Shown here piece after piece: positions 12,886-24,742 of a stretch of DNA of 64,000 bases. The stretch's first letter is position 1, and every line of letters begins with the position of its first letter. The position numbers and the translations under genes are program-made. Under the pieces are notes generated by a model that worked only from the letters and a program-made list of their open reading frames with translations, had not been told where the DNA came from and searched no databases. This DNA is from Setoptus koraiensis (lineage: Eukaryota; Animalia; Arthropoda): contig CM106585.1 of the NCBI GenBank assembly GCA_048013815.1, positions 6,200,001 to 6,264,000 of the forward strand. Reading direction: 5' to 3'.

Positions 12886-14066
12886 ACAAGGATATGCAAA
12901 AGAAAAAATGAATTGAATTTAAATTGATCAATCAAACCATCTAATGAGATGATGGGCGAATACCATCCATTTGGTGGCGCAGCACGCCAAGCAAATTTCG
13001 GTTTTTGAGCATGAAACATATGAAAATCGGCGTTTTCGGTGTGAACAAATACGACGTATCTAATTGTACTATTTTGCCCTACAAATATTCAGGACTGTAA
13101 CTCTTCTCTCTCTGTGGATTTTTTTTATCCGATTTTGTTGTCCCTACTCATCATCTCTGTCATCAGTGATGACATGATACAGTATCATCATCGGATTATC
13201 CTGGGACAGAAAGAAGCCGCTTGCGATCAATACGGGTTTCGAGACTCTTACTGCTATTGTCCCGTTAAAAACAGATGCGCACCTGAAAACACCAAGACTA
13301 TATATCAATTGCTGCCGACATTGGTAGCTACGTCATGAACGGTGGTCCGTGGTTCATAGTCTGAAGGAGAAAAGGGAAACTCCTAACCCATCGCGACCTC
13401 TTAGGCTTTTGGCACCATGGAAATATTTGTCGTGTTTCATCGAAAAACTGCTAAAATTGCTTATCAGTCGATAATTAATTTGAAACTCAGACAATGATTG
13501 GTCCATTATTGAGAGGTTCAAAGCGGAAGTTAGAAGAAAGATAACTCTGCATGTAACTCCAACTGGTCGATTTCCATCATCCGGTGCCACTTTAGCTTAA
13601 AATAGACCCAAAGTTGTTGACAAATATCAAAAAACATCGCTTGGGTAAATGTCAAACTCAGCCAGGCTCGACGCGAAAGCATTTCAGTTTCGAAAAACAC
13701 CTCGCTGAAATGTTTCACGCGGCAATTTGCAACCTTTCTGTGCATCACTGGCGAAAAAACTTTCCTAAAAAAAAGAATTTTTAAATGTTATTCCAACCAG
13801 AATAAATATTTTTAGAATGAAAATCTCCATAAGTATCTGGAATGTTGCATGTCTTGTTCACCTGATGACAATATCGCAATGAAAAATAGGCTCTCTCTAT
13901 GAGGCTATTCAGAGAGAGCATTGGAAATCTGGTATAAATATTGGTGGCACTCGACTAAAAATTACCAGTAATAATATACATTCCAAAGATATTGTTTAAA
14001 TGAGAGTAGATAAAACGAATCGCATTGAGTTGTTAGCTTAAAACAATTCCTAAATACAAATTCAGT

Positions 14067-15158
14067 ATGTCAGCACAGCAAGTACTATTCTTTGTATTGA
14101 TTGTCGGCGTCGTTGGTTGTTTTGGGGCTCATCCTCAAGAACCATGGACATCATCGAGAGTTAGTTGCCACGCAGGATTAGAATCTCTCAACTCGGTGAC
14201 GGATTTCGTGAAATTCGTAGAAGAGATGGAACAAACGCCGGAACTAAATGGGGAAAAGAAAACCAAACTCATCAACGACTGTTTGAACAGCTTTGACGGC
14301 GTGGAAGATGTTAGAGCCCTGTACGGAATAGTTCAACAAATGCCAACGGCACATTCCGTGTGCGAAAAGAGTTTCGTCAACGGATTGGTCGAATTCGACA
14401 AACGCATGACTGGCTATAGAAGCAAATCGGTGGAAACCAAAAAAGACCACGGATTGCTTCAATTTACTTCATTACTGTTCGGTCAGGTTATTCTTACCTG
14501 CAAAAGAAATCTGGAAGCAAAACTAGAGCAAGCAGAACAATCAGACGAGGCTCTCAAAGAGAGCTTCGATGTCGTGGAAAACGATCAAAGTGTGCGAAAA
14601 TTGGTTGAAGAGAATGTGTCCGCCTCAGAGTTAGAGGTTGATTTACCAGAAAATCTTATTGCAGCGAGCGCGTTGCTGTTTAGACGTCATCACGAGTCAG
14701 GCAGCGTCGTCCTTCCTGTAGAAGGCAAAGAAGAGGTTGAACAATTTGAGAATCTCAAGCGATCTTGCCAATTGATTGATAGTTATGCGCAAAACTCAAT
14801 CTATCCCATTATGACACTGGCTTTCTATGGTTTCAGAGCTGGAGATGATGGCGATGTTATAGACAACAAACTAAAGAGTAGCTCGAGAGTCAAGCACTGG
14901 CTCAAGACCATCCAGTATTGCCAAGGCGCAGAATTAGTGATACCTCTTCCAAAAGATGTTGTGCCTCATGAAGTGTTCTTGTCATTAGAGCCGAAGAGCT
15001 TTGATGTGGAGGACCGATTTGAAGATATTGGCCAGGATCTCAAATGCTCATGCAAATCGCAAGAACACAAGGCGAAGGGAATTAAACGCTGGCTCAAGAA
15101 ACGTGCGGACAATATAGAACGTAAGGCAAAAGATTACAGCAAATTTGAGGGTTACTGA
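14067..15158 (+). CDS. Secreted Cys-patterned protein (paralog B), 363 aa, intronless, no TM anchor
   Basis: Single clean ORF with signal peptide (VLFFVLIVGVVGCFG). Shares with paralog A the blocks RALxxIVQQxxTxHSVCE, LLxGQVxLTCK, RxCxLIxxxAQxSIY, WxKxxQxCQ and WLxxR. Confidence 0.85.
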   Translation: MSAQQVLFFVLIVGVVGCFGAHPQEPWTSSRVSCHAGLESLNSVTDFVKFVEEMEQTPELNGEKKTKLINDCLNSFDGVEDVRALYGIVQQMPTAHSVCEKSFVNGLVEFDKRMTGYRSKSVETKKDHGLLQFTSLLFGQVILTCKRNLEAKLEQAEQSDEALKESFDVVENDQSVRKLVEENVSASELEVDLPENLIAASALLFRRHHESGSVVLPVEGKEEVEQFENLKRSCQLIDSYAQNSIYPIMTLAFYGFRAGDDGDVIDNKLKSSSRVKHWLKTIQYCQGAELVIPLPKDVVPHEVFLSLEPKSFDVEDRFEDIGQDLKCSCKSQEHKAKGIKRWLKKRADNIERKAKDYSKFEGY

Positions 15159-16123
15159 TTAAACCATGATGATCATGAGTTGTGTAATTTCTGATTCGAC
15201 TCTTCGGCACAAAGTGGAGAAACTTGACATTTTCCCCCGCGCTGGAATGTTCTTCCGAATTCCGGTTGCAATTTGCAACAGATATAAAGTACTTTTGAGT
15301 TCGGAACAAAAATAAAAATTCATTGAATATAAACCGTGAGCTGTCTGCATAAATTCATTCATTTGTGAGCTATTGATTTGTCAGCTAGACAAGGGGCACC
15401 GAGGCGATATGTGTATTGTGGTGTGCGCGACCGCCACTAAGCTGAGCATGATTGAGGGCGGACTGTCTATTTTGAGCGGGATATATCATAGCTTTGCTCG
15501 ATCGATCAAAGTATACTGGTATGGCTGGGTTGGGTCGGTGCCTTCGTAGTTGAATCAACAGTTGTATCATTAGGGTAGGGCCGAGCCGAATTACCCCTTT
15601 GCATGGCAAAACCCTAAAAATTTTCTAGCGCGTCATTCTTATCATAAGGATGAGTCATCACCTATGTCAGCTCATTCGCATTCGACATTGTTAGTTACAC
15701 TCGTTGTTAGTTCCGCAACTCGCCGCCGGGACCCCCGATCGCTGGAAGCGACCAGCGCTCGCAATCGGTCGACAGCGCAAATTAGTTTAACAGCAGGACA
15801 GTTGTGAGATATCTCTCGTCGGAGATTCTCGTAATTCCCGACAACAGTTTCATCTGACAATCGACAAACGACAATGCAACACAAACGTGCGACAAATATC
15901 CGACGAGTGTGGCGCCATCTTTCAACCCGTGGATCCCACTACCGACCGATTAGTGCGATGGGCATTCGGTTTGTCTCCCGTTGTCGCCCCAACAAAAATA
16001 ACCGTCCAGATGCTGCGATAGACATCACTAATTAATTTGATCATTATTTATTTATAATCTGATTGGTTATTACTATATCTCTACTATTACTATACTATTG
16101 TTTGACAAATGACAAATGTTGCG

Positions 16124-19100
16124 TCATTGCGTCAGATCGTTTCTTTTCATGGACAGGTGATCCTGTTCGGGGCTCACGTAGGTCAGTGTGACGAATGGTT
16201 GCCGATGATAATTTGACAAATGTTGTTGGCGGCCATTGAGGTGGCTCCTGACGGCTATACTGCTTGTTGCTTCGCTTTGTTGGCGTGCCCCCCTGTCCGC
16301 CCGCTGGTCGGCCCGGTCATCTTTAAACAGTCCGCCCCCGATCACTTCGAAATTGTGAGATCCCATAGCGCCAGCAAAGGCTGTTTGTTGTCCATGGTGC
16401 GCCAGTTCTATCTCGTCGGACTGTATCGATGATGATGACGATCTACTTCCGCTGCTGTTTGAGCGACCGTATTTTCGCGCTGGTGCCGCCTTGCCCGCCG
16501 CTGCATGCTGATGACGTCTGGCCAGGGGCACGTGCGTCAGTCGGTACGGCACGCCGGCCGGCCCGTGGCTCAAGCGAATCAGCTTGACTCCGCTTGGGGC
16601 CAGTTGTTGGTGTTGGGCCGCAAACACGTACCTGTTGATGTAGTGATTGTATTGGTGGCCGTAGTTTATTGGTGGTGCGATGTGGTGGTCGAGGCGGTGC
16701 AAATTGAGCGCGTCGTCGTGCCGCGGGCCAATGTCGTACTCGTTGAGACCGGGGTATTTATTGGCGCCGTCGTCGCCGTCGTCGTCGTCGTAACTGACAG
16801 CCGCCAATCCGTCATTTCTCACAATCGATTGGTAGCCCAGGGGCGCCGGCCGAAAAAAGATGAATCGTCCATTGTCCAGGGTGTTGAGCGAGTTGTTGTT
16901 GGAATAAAACGCGGACCACTTGTCCGCGTCCGTTGTTTGCTGCTGCTGCCCGTGAGCCGCGGCCCCCCGCTCACTCACGGGCTCGCCGGCCGCTGAAAAT
17001 GGCAGTGTCGTCGTATTGTATTTACAGCTACTGTTAGAGCAAAAAGTTGTTGTCAATGTCAAGTTATTCACATTTTTACCGGAAGTTACGTTTGAGTCGT
17101 TTGCGTTGCGTTCATAGGGCCCCATTGGTGCCGCAACTGTCTGTGCTGTTGTTTCTTGCTGAGCAAAATCATATCGTGTTCTATTGGTCTCTGGCGCGTC
17201 GTCTTGCATAATCTGCTGCGGTTGGCGGTCGGTGAGAAAACGAGTTGCGTTCTGTGGTGCGTCAGTTGTTGTTGAATTGGACGAAGTAGATAGATTTAAA
17301 TCTGTTATTTCATTAGCTTGAACAGTTTCGGATCTTACATAGATTTCGCATCGATTGACCATCGATCGGCCAGACTGATTATCGATTATCCGTCCACCGG
17401 CGAGCAATCGATCACTCATCAATCACTCGATCGGCGATGGGCAAAACTTACACTTGTTTGTGAACTCTTTCAAATCATTCATTATACCGGCGCCGGCGCC
17501 GCTCAGCTGTATAAATGGGGCGTCGTACCTCAGTATTTCGTAGGCTTTTGCCGGGTTCAGCGGGCCCGCCTCCAGGGTCGCCGGGCTCGGCGGGTCCGCT
17601 TTCGGGGTTGCCGGGCTCAGCGGGTCCGCGGGTTCGAGAATGGCCGCGCGCTTTGCCCGCATCATTCCCGACCGGTCGTTGGTGCCATCGCCGTCGTTGT
17701 TGTTGCTGTTGTTATTGTTGCCGCTGTTGTTGTTGTTGCTGCTGTTGTTGCTGTTGCTGTTCTCCTTTTCCTTGTCCTTGTCCTTGTTCGGCCGGAATCT
17801 TTTGAACAAATTCTTGATGCTGAACCGCTTCAGAATGCTCTGTCTGGGCGGCTTAGCGGGCTGATCCGACTGATCGGAGTCTTTGTCGTCGTTGTGGCCG
17901 CTGTTGCCCTTGTTCGACTTGTTTCCGTTGCCCTTGTTCTTGTTGCCCGACTGCGGCATTGCGCTCTTGGGCACCGCCTGGCCGATGATCTCGTTGCCGA
18001 ACGGGCTGAGCGCAAACGGACTGTCGGGATCCTCGAAGGGCGACGGCGGAAACGCGCCCCCGAAATGGTAATGATTTGTTGTGAGAGGTTGGTTGTGGCT
18101 TTTGTGGGACCGTGCCGTGGCATGTTGTATCTTTTGGGCGGATGTCTCCGCGCCCGACATCATCATGGCCCCGTATAGATTGCCGCCTCCGCTTTGTGCG
18201 CCGCCCGTCACCATGCCCGTCCCGTCCATGGGCGGATAGCTCTGTATGGCGGCCAACTGAGCCGCCGTCGGATAGGTGGGTATGCCCGCCGCGGCAGCGG
18301 TTGCAGCCGCCGCCTCCTCGTCCACGGGACTAATGTGATGCTGCTGCTGCTGCGGGTGCCCGCTCGACGAGTACATATAGCCGGCGCCCATGGGCCCGCC
18401 GGCGCCACTTGCCGACTGCATCACGTCACCGGAAGCAGGTTGTTGCTGTTGGTAGCTGCTGCTGAGGCTGGTGCCTGGGTGCTGCTGCGAGAATTGTTGC
18501 AATTGAGATTGCAGTTGAGCGTTCATAATTGCGTCTGCATTTTGTTGTTGTTGTTGGTCTTGGTGATTCAGATGATTGAAGGCGGTGTGCTGGTTGAAGG
18601 GGTCGTTCGGTTGCGCGGACGGATAAGATGGCAAGCCCGCCGCCGCCGCCGCCATGCTCTGGTACTGATCGGGCGACGCGCTGGCCAGAGCGGACGAGGG
18701 GCCCGAGTCTGAGACCTGATTGATGGGCGCATCGGGCGATTGATTGTACTGGTTGGTGGGCAGATCGTGCCCATTGAGAATGTTGATTAAATCCTGATTG
18801 TTTTGGTTGTGGCCAACCTGTTGCTGTCTGTAGGCGGCTAGACCGTTGTTGTTGGCCTCGTTGTTGGCGCTGTTGCCGTTGGCGTTGTCCGCCGACGGAA
18901 TAGACGAGCCAGAATATTGCAGCGATGCCAAATCGTGTTGCCCGCTGTACGGTTGTTGCTGTTGTTGCTGTTGGACGGCGCCGTTATTTTGCTGTTGCTG
19001 CAGCACACTGTCGCCAGTGGCCAGATTGTTGTTGTTCTGTTGTTGTTGGTAGTTGGTGTTTGTTGTTGCGGCGCTCGGGTAGCTCTGCTGACCCGGGTAG

Positions 19101-22100
19101 CCGCCGTCGGCGGAGCCGCCCACGCCGCTGTCCTGGGACGCGGAAAAGCTGGACAGGTCGGCCGATTCTGGCGAGCTCAGCGAGCTCGCCTGATTGAAGC
19201 CGTGTTGCGAGTTGTAGGGCGAGTCAAGGCCGGCAGAGGTCGCCGGCGACAGCTGGTTGTCGTAATAACCGGGCTGTCTAGTTGCGTAATATTGCTGCTG
19301 CAGGCTATTGTAAAAGCTGTTGCGATTGCCATAATTGTTGTTGTTGTTGTTGTATAACGCTGGCTGTCGGCCACTGGTGGCCGACGATGAGTAGTGATGA
19401 TGGTGGTGCTGCTGCTGCTGATGGTGATAGGGCGATTGCGTGGTATCCTCAGAGGCGGCGGAAGTGCTCGCCATCGAGGCGGCGCTGAGAGCGCCCGGGC
19501 CCTGGGTGCTGTAGTTGAGAAAATTGATATATTTGCCGTGGTTGTTGTTTCCGGTGAGCTGCTGCTGCTGCTGCTGTGAGTTGTGCTTGCCGCTTGAGCC
19601 GCCATAGGGGCCACTTGTTTGTTGCTGCTGGCTTGTATTTGTCTCCAATTGGCCATGATAATTTCCGGAAAAATCGCCATCCACGTCTCTCGCCACAGCG
19701 GACGAACTCTCTTCGCTGGCGGCAGGTTGCTGCTGTTGCAACAACTGTTGTTGCTGCTGGTAACCGCCGGAAGTTGTGCGGAGGTTGCCTGACGAGCCCG
19801 AGGAGAGCGCCGGCGCCGATATCGGCGCTGGGGACGCCAGCGACTGCGATCGCTGGCTCGTAGTGGTGGCCCCCGTTTGGTAATAGGACGATTTGAGATT
19901 TGAACTGCCGTATGGCAGCTGACGCAGGGTGCTGGCGCTGCCCTGACTGGCGTGCGCGCGGCTCAAACTCGGTGCGGCGAACGGGTAGCCGCTTAAACTG
20001 ACCACTTCCGGCGCTATCTTGGTCTGGCGCTGAGTTGTTGCGCTCGACCATGAGCCCACCTGTGACTGCTGCTGCTGGTTGTTGTTGCTGCTGCCCGCTG
20101 ACAGGGGCGCAGTTGATGTGGCCGTGGCCTGTGGGCCCGTTGGTGGGCGCTCGTTTTCCACATTCTGAAAATAGTTGGCCACTCGGGTGCTGGCCGCCAC
20201 GGCCATGGCCACGTTTCCCGAATGCGAGCCCATGAGCGGATCGACGAGCGGATTAGCCGTCGCAGAGGTAATATCGCTGGTACCGGCCATACCCATGCTA
20301 GTGGGCATTCCGCTCAGTATGGCCAGGGCGGGTCTGGCGCTGCTGACGGGACCGCCAGTGGCGCCCATCTTGGCACTCACACCTGTCATAGCAATGTTGG
20401 AGCTGCCCATAGATTGTCGCTTGTGGGCACGGTTCCAATTTTGACCGGCGCCGCTACTGACCACTGTTGCCTGACCGCTCGCTTGCCAGGCACTGGCTCT
20501 ACTTCCGGTGCCGCTATTTGATTTGGCGGCAACTGATTGGTTGCTTGTATTGTCTGCTGCACCACTAGCTGCTGCTGCCGCTGCTTGGCCAGCTCCTGCG
20601 GTGCCGCTTCCACTTCCGGTTGTTGTTGCCTGCTTGGCTGGTGATGGCTGATTAGTTTGGCCTACGGCAGCGATGGTGGCGCCATGTGGCGACGCAACAC
20701 TTGTTGGTGTCGTGGATGACTGGGGTGCCTGGATTGAGCCGCGCGACCCGTCAGAGGTGCCGCTGTTGCTGCTGATCGTGGTGCCGCTGGTGCTGCCAGC
20801 GGCGGCGGCTGTGGTCGGTGGTGCGGCCGCCGGGCTACTTGTTGGCTTCTGGTTTGTGTTTCCGGTTGCGGCGGCCGCCGAGGGAGCAGCCAAAATTATC
20901 TGGCCGCTACGGGCCTGTCTGATACGATTCTGTAGCGACCACTCTGAAGCTGGGGCGCCGGCTGCCCGAGTGGGCACCACCTTGTTGCGTGTGCCATAGT
21001 GGCCCTGCAGCATGAGCTGGCGACGGCTCATTATGTTGGTGGCCTCTATTTCCAGTTTGCGCCCGCTTCTTTTATCCGGATAATGTCGCCTGATGTCGGC
21101 GGCAATGTCGTCCAATGCATCGTTTGCGCTTATTTTCACGGGCTTAGTATCGCTGCTTACGCTGGCCACCAATGCTGCGTTCAGTTGATCGGCCATTTGG
21201 GGCGCAAACACTTGGCTGGCGTGCAATTGCGACTCCAGGGTTACGTAAGCGGCATCGCTAGGCGATCGCGGCTCCTCGCGACGATCCACAATTACAACGG
21301 GCATCGCAAACATCGAGGCCCGATTGTAATGGGGCCCCAATGAGCGCTGATGCGACATGGATTCCTCCATGAGCGACTGGTAGCTCTTGTTTGTGGCCGA
21401 GTGATTGAGCGATGTCCAATTGGAGCTGCGTTTCAATCTTCGTATCGCTTGTTGCTCCTCGTCGCCTGCTGGCTGCTGCTGTTGCACACTGGCCGTCGGC
21501 GCCCCCTGGCGTTGCTGTTTGTCCTCATTCACCTGTTGCTCCTGTTGTGCTTGTCGACCGTAATCACCTGGTGACAATTCAGTCTGACTAACTGGATCGC
21601 TTGGGCGCTGTTGGTGAGACTGGATGTGCTTCGAAATGAGCTGCTGCTGCTGTTGTCTGGGCGCCAGCTGATCAAGGCCCCCTCTCGCGGGCAGATATAT
21701 CTGTGGTCGGTTGTTGCTGTTGCTCTTGTTACTGGCCACAGTTGCCTGCCCGCTGTGGTTGAGGGCGCCAAAAACAGTTGCAAAGTCTGGCAAAATTGCG
21801 CCCCCATTCGAATGGTGCTGCTGCATGATCGGTGACTTGATATTGTCGTTGCTGGATAGTTGCGTGGGCGTTTGCCTCCTGTTCAGACGCGTCGCCACAA
21901 CCTGTGGCACTTGTGTCCTGTAGGATAAATTGTTGCTGTCAACTTGGTTCATCGGGTGGCCGCCAGGGCCCACAAACAATTGGCGAGCCAATCTGGTTCG
22001 CGCCTCGTTTTGTTGCTTGTTGTTACTGTTGGCCATGTCAGTGTTGAGCGCCCCATTTGGGGCGCCGGCCAGTTGAAAATGATTCAACAGCATTGAGGCG

Positions 22101-24327
22101 GCCGCCATTTGCATGGCAGCGCGACTCATGCTGGCCAAGCCAGGCGAAATGTTTCGGCTTGTTTGGTCTTCTGCGGCGAACGGATACAATCGTTTTGGTA
22201 ATTGGCTCGACACTTCCAGTTGTTGTTGTTGTTGCGATTGTCGCGAACTTGCGCCGACTTGAATGGCCGCTGGCTGGTTGTTGTTTAGCGTGGGTGCCAC
22301 TGGCAACATTGAATTACTGTTGCCATTGACCACTGCCGCCGGACCGGATGCCATGCTGGAGAAAACGTCCATCGCTGGCTGATGTTGTTGCGAACCGGAA
22401 GTGGGCTCAAACATCGACAACACAGATGGCGGCGCCTGCACGGAGACGGGCCTCAATTGCGAGGCCGATGTGAACAGTTTCGAAGGCTTCGCCGAACTGA
22501 ACAGAGGCCACGATTTTCGTTTGTTTGCTGGCGGCGACGACGACGACACAATGGAGCTGCTAGACTGACTGTGGGCTCCGCTCGACGATTGTGCCGACGA
22601 GGATCCCGGCCGAACGCTGGGAGTTATCACGAACGGGCCCAGCACGGGAACTGGCTGGTTGTGCCTCAGATTGTTGGACAGCTGCGCGGCTGCTCAGCGA
22701 ATTCGGCCAGTGAATCGATAATGTTGATAGAATTCGAAATTGGAAATTCGGAATTTCGGAATTTCGGAATTTCGGAATTTCGGAATTTCGGAAATTCGGA
22801 AATTCGGAAATTCGGAAATTCGGAAATTCGGAAATTCGGAAATTCGGAAATTCGGAAATTCGGAAATTCGGAAATTCGGAAATTCGGAAATTCGGAAATT
22901 AGGTAATTCGGAAAATCGGAAAATCGAAAAATCAGAATTTCGAAAAATCGGAATTTCGAAAAATCGGAAGATCGGAAAATCGAAAATTTGGAAAATGGAA
23001 AATGGAAAAAGCGGTCAGAGACAATTAAAGCTCAAAAGTCTGCGAGTCGGTGTGACTGATCTGGCGATCGCTACTCACCCTGGGCAGGGAAATTCAGCGG
23101 CGCCACTTGCGGTTGCACGATCGAGGCGCTAGGCATCAGGGGCGCGTTCATTATTTGGGCTTGATTCGGGGACATCAGGGGCACCATCACCGGATTGTGA
23201 TGCGTGCTTTGGGGCCACATTCTGGCCAGCGCATTTGCGTTGTTGTTTGCATAGAAAGAATTGAAATAATTGTTGGCTGGCTCGTTGCTTGCTGCCGCTA
23301 CCGGTTGGAGCGCGGCGGAAAATGAGGGCGGCATGACAATAGTTGGCTGAATAGTGGACGCATCTACCTGGTTGCCGGAGAATCTCGGTTGCATCATGAG
23401 GGAGGCTCGCTGAGTTTGTTCCAGTTGCGACATGATGTGTTGTTGTACCATTTGTTGTTGTTGCATCATCATTTGTTGTTGTTGTTGTTGCTGCTGCTGT
23501 TGTGTCAATTGTGCCATCAATTGGGCATTGTTGTTGTTGTTGTTGTTGTTGGCAAGTCGTTGCAGCATGTTGTTTGTAGTTTGTTGATTGTTGTGATTGT
23601 AGAAATTATCCGATCGTTGCTGCGATGATGGCTGCATCATCAATGCGGCAGCCAGTGCAGCAAACGACGGCGCCCCGTTGTCGGCGTGATTCGGTTGCAA
23701 TTGCGCCACTGCCGACGGTTGCACCAACGACGACATGACCAACTGGTCAGTGGGATAACTGATTGTGGCGTGATTAGTTGAGGCCTGCATGGGGGTCTCC
23801 CATGCTTTGCGACTGTGATTATTATTACTATTGTTGTTGATATTGTGATGATTTTTTAGCTGCGAGCTGGCGGCTGAGCTGCCGCCGGAGGCGGCCGCCA
23901 GGTCAGTTTGCATTTGTGCCTCGCGCAAAATGCTACTGGCCACGGCCGCCATTGTGCTCGGATCTAACTGATCGTGATTGTAGAAATAGTGAAATTGTTT
24001 CTGCTGCAATTGGGGCACATCCACAAGCATTGCCTGCTGTTGCTGCTGAAGTTTGCTTGTCGACGAGCTACTTCGGCTGAATTTGTTGTTGTTGTTGTGA
24101 TTGTGGTTGGAGTAGCCGAAGGCCAAACTGAACGGCCAGGTGACCGCCTCGGCGGGCCGCGTCAATTGTGGCTGTTGTGACGTAATTAAAAAAATGAGCG
24201 CCAGCACCAACCAACGGACAGACGAGCTAGCCAAAATTGATGCTCGTTGTCGTGTGTTGATCGCGAGCCGCGCAGTCAATCTAGTTATCACCTCGGCTTG
24301 TTGCTCGCCGTTTGTAAACGTTGCCAT
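16124..24327 (-). CDS. Giant low-complexity (Q/N/S/A/H-rich), probably secreted protein, 3 exons, ~2554 aa
   Basis: Exons 24327-23079, 22689-17452 and 17301-16124. Intron 1 (23078-22690) has a GTGAGT donor and CAG acceptor. Intron 2 (17451-17302) has a GTAAGT donor, CTAAT branch-like motif and CAG acceptor. Both are phase 1 and the total of 7665 nt is divisible by 3. The start ATG is uncertain (upstream in-frame ATGs exist). Hydrophobic core RWLVLALIFLIT followed by an AEA-V cleavage-like site. Confidence 0.75.
22742..22900. repeat. Intronic 8-bp tandem repeat: (GGAATTTC)x5 then (GGAAATTC)x~14, decaying to ~23010
   Basis: Pure units read directly; lies within intron 1 of the giant gene. Confidence 0.95.
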
Positions 24328-24630
24328 TGTGAGCGACTCGCAAATGTTGCTCGTTTCTTGGTCTCGGTCGGTCGGTGTCGCCGGCCCGGTTGTCCGGCGA
24401 CAGTTGCCGCGGATGTGCTTCGGCTTGCAAAGTGTCGGATACATTACAGTTGAGTTTACAAGGTTGTAGGGTCGCGGCGATTTGACGGAGCGATTGTGCT
24501 CCGTGTGGCGTGTGTTGTCGATGGGGCGATTGTAGTGGCCGATATTCGCTGATTCGCTGATTCGCGGATTAGCCATTTGAGACGCACAAGCGGGCCTCAC
24601 ATAGGCGATAAAACAATATTTCCGATGATG

Positions 24631-24742
24631 TTTCTAGCGATATTCTGGATATTATTTCTGGCGATATTTTCGACAATATTTCTGGCGATATTTCTGACAA
24701 TGTTTCTGGCGATATTTCTGACAATGTTTCTGGCAGTATTTT
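24631..24742. repeat. 12/24-bp degenerate tandem repeat (TTTCTGGCGATA / TTTCTGACAATG)
   Basis: Alternating 12-mers visible upstream of the giant gene start. Confidence 0.75.

Noticed and set aside
13100-13760. Coding-like but stop-riddled stretch between the two secreted paralogs (similar stretches at 9270-9670 and 29670-30350)
   Set aside because: They may be decayed genes or transposon relics, but I could not recognise any motif reliably, so no feature is called.
13890-13919. 9-bp hairpin GCTCTCTCT..AGAGAGAGC upstream of paralog B
   Set aside because: The stem is made of CT/AG dinucleotide repeats and is easily produced by chance; no terminator or Helitron-end context.
17302-17451. Apparent stop-codon readthrough: the 1740-aa ORF ends in TGA (17423-17425) directly followed in frame by the 432-aa ORF
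   Set aside because: A canonical 150-nt intron (GTAAGT donor, CTAAT branch-like motif, CAG acceptor, phase-matched) removes the stop, so readthrough is unnecessary.
16220-23628. Many + strand Val/Leu/Cys-rich ORFs with apparent hydrophobic stretches (also at 41286-43477)
   Set aside because: They are antisense shadows of the CAA/CAG/AAC-rich coding sequence of the giant gene and the ETS gene.
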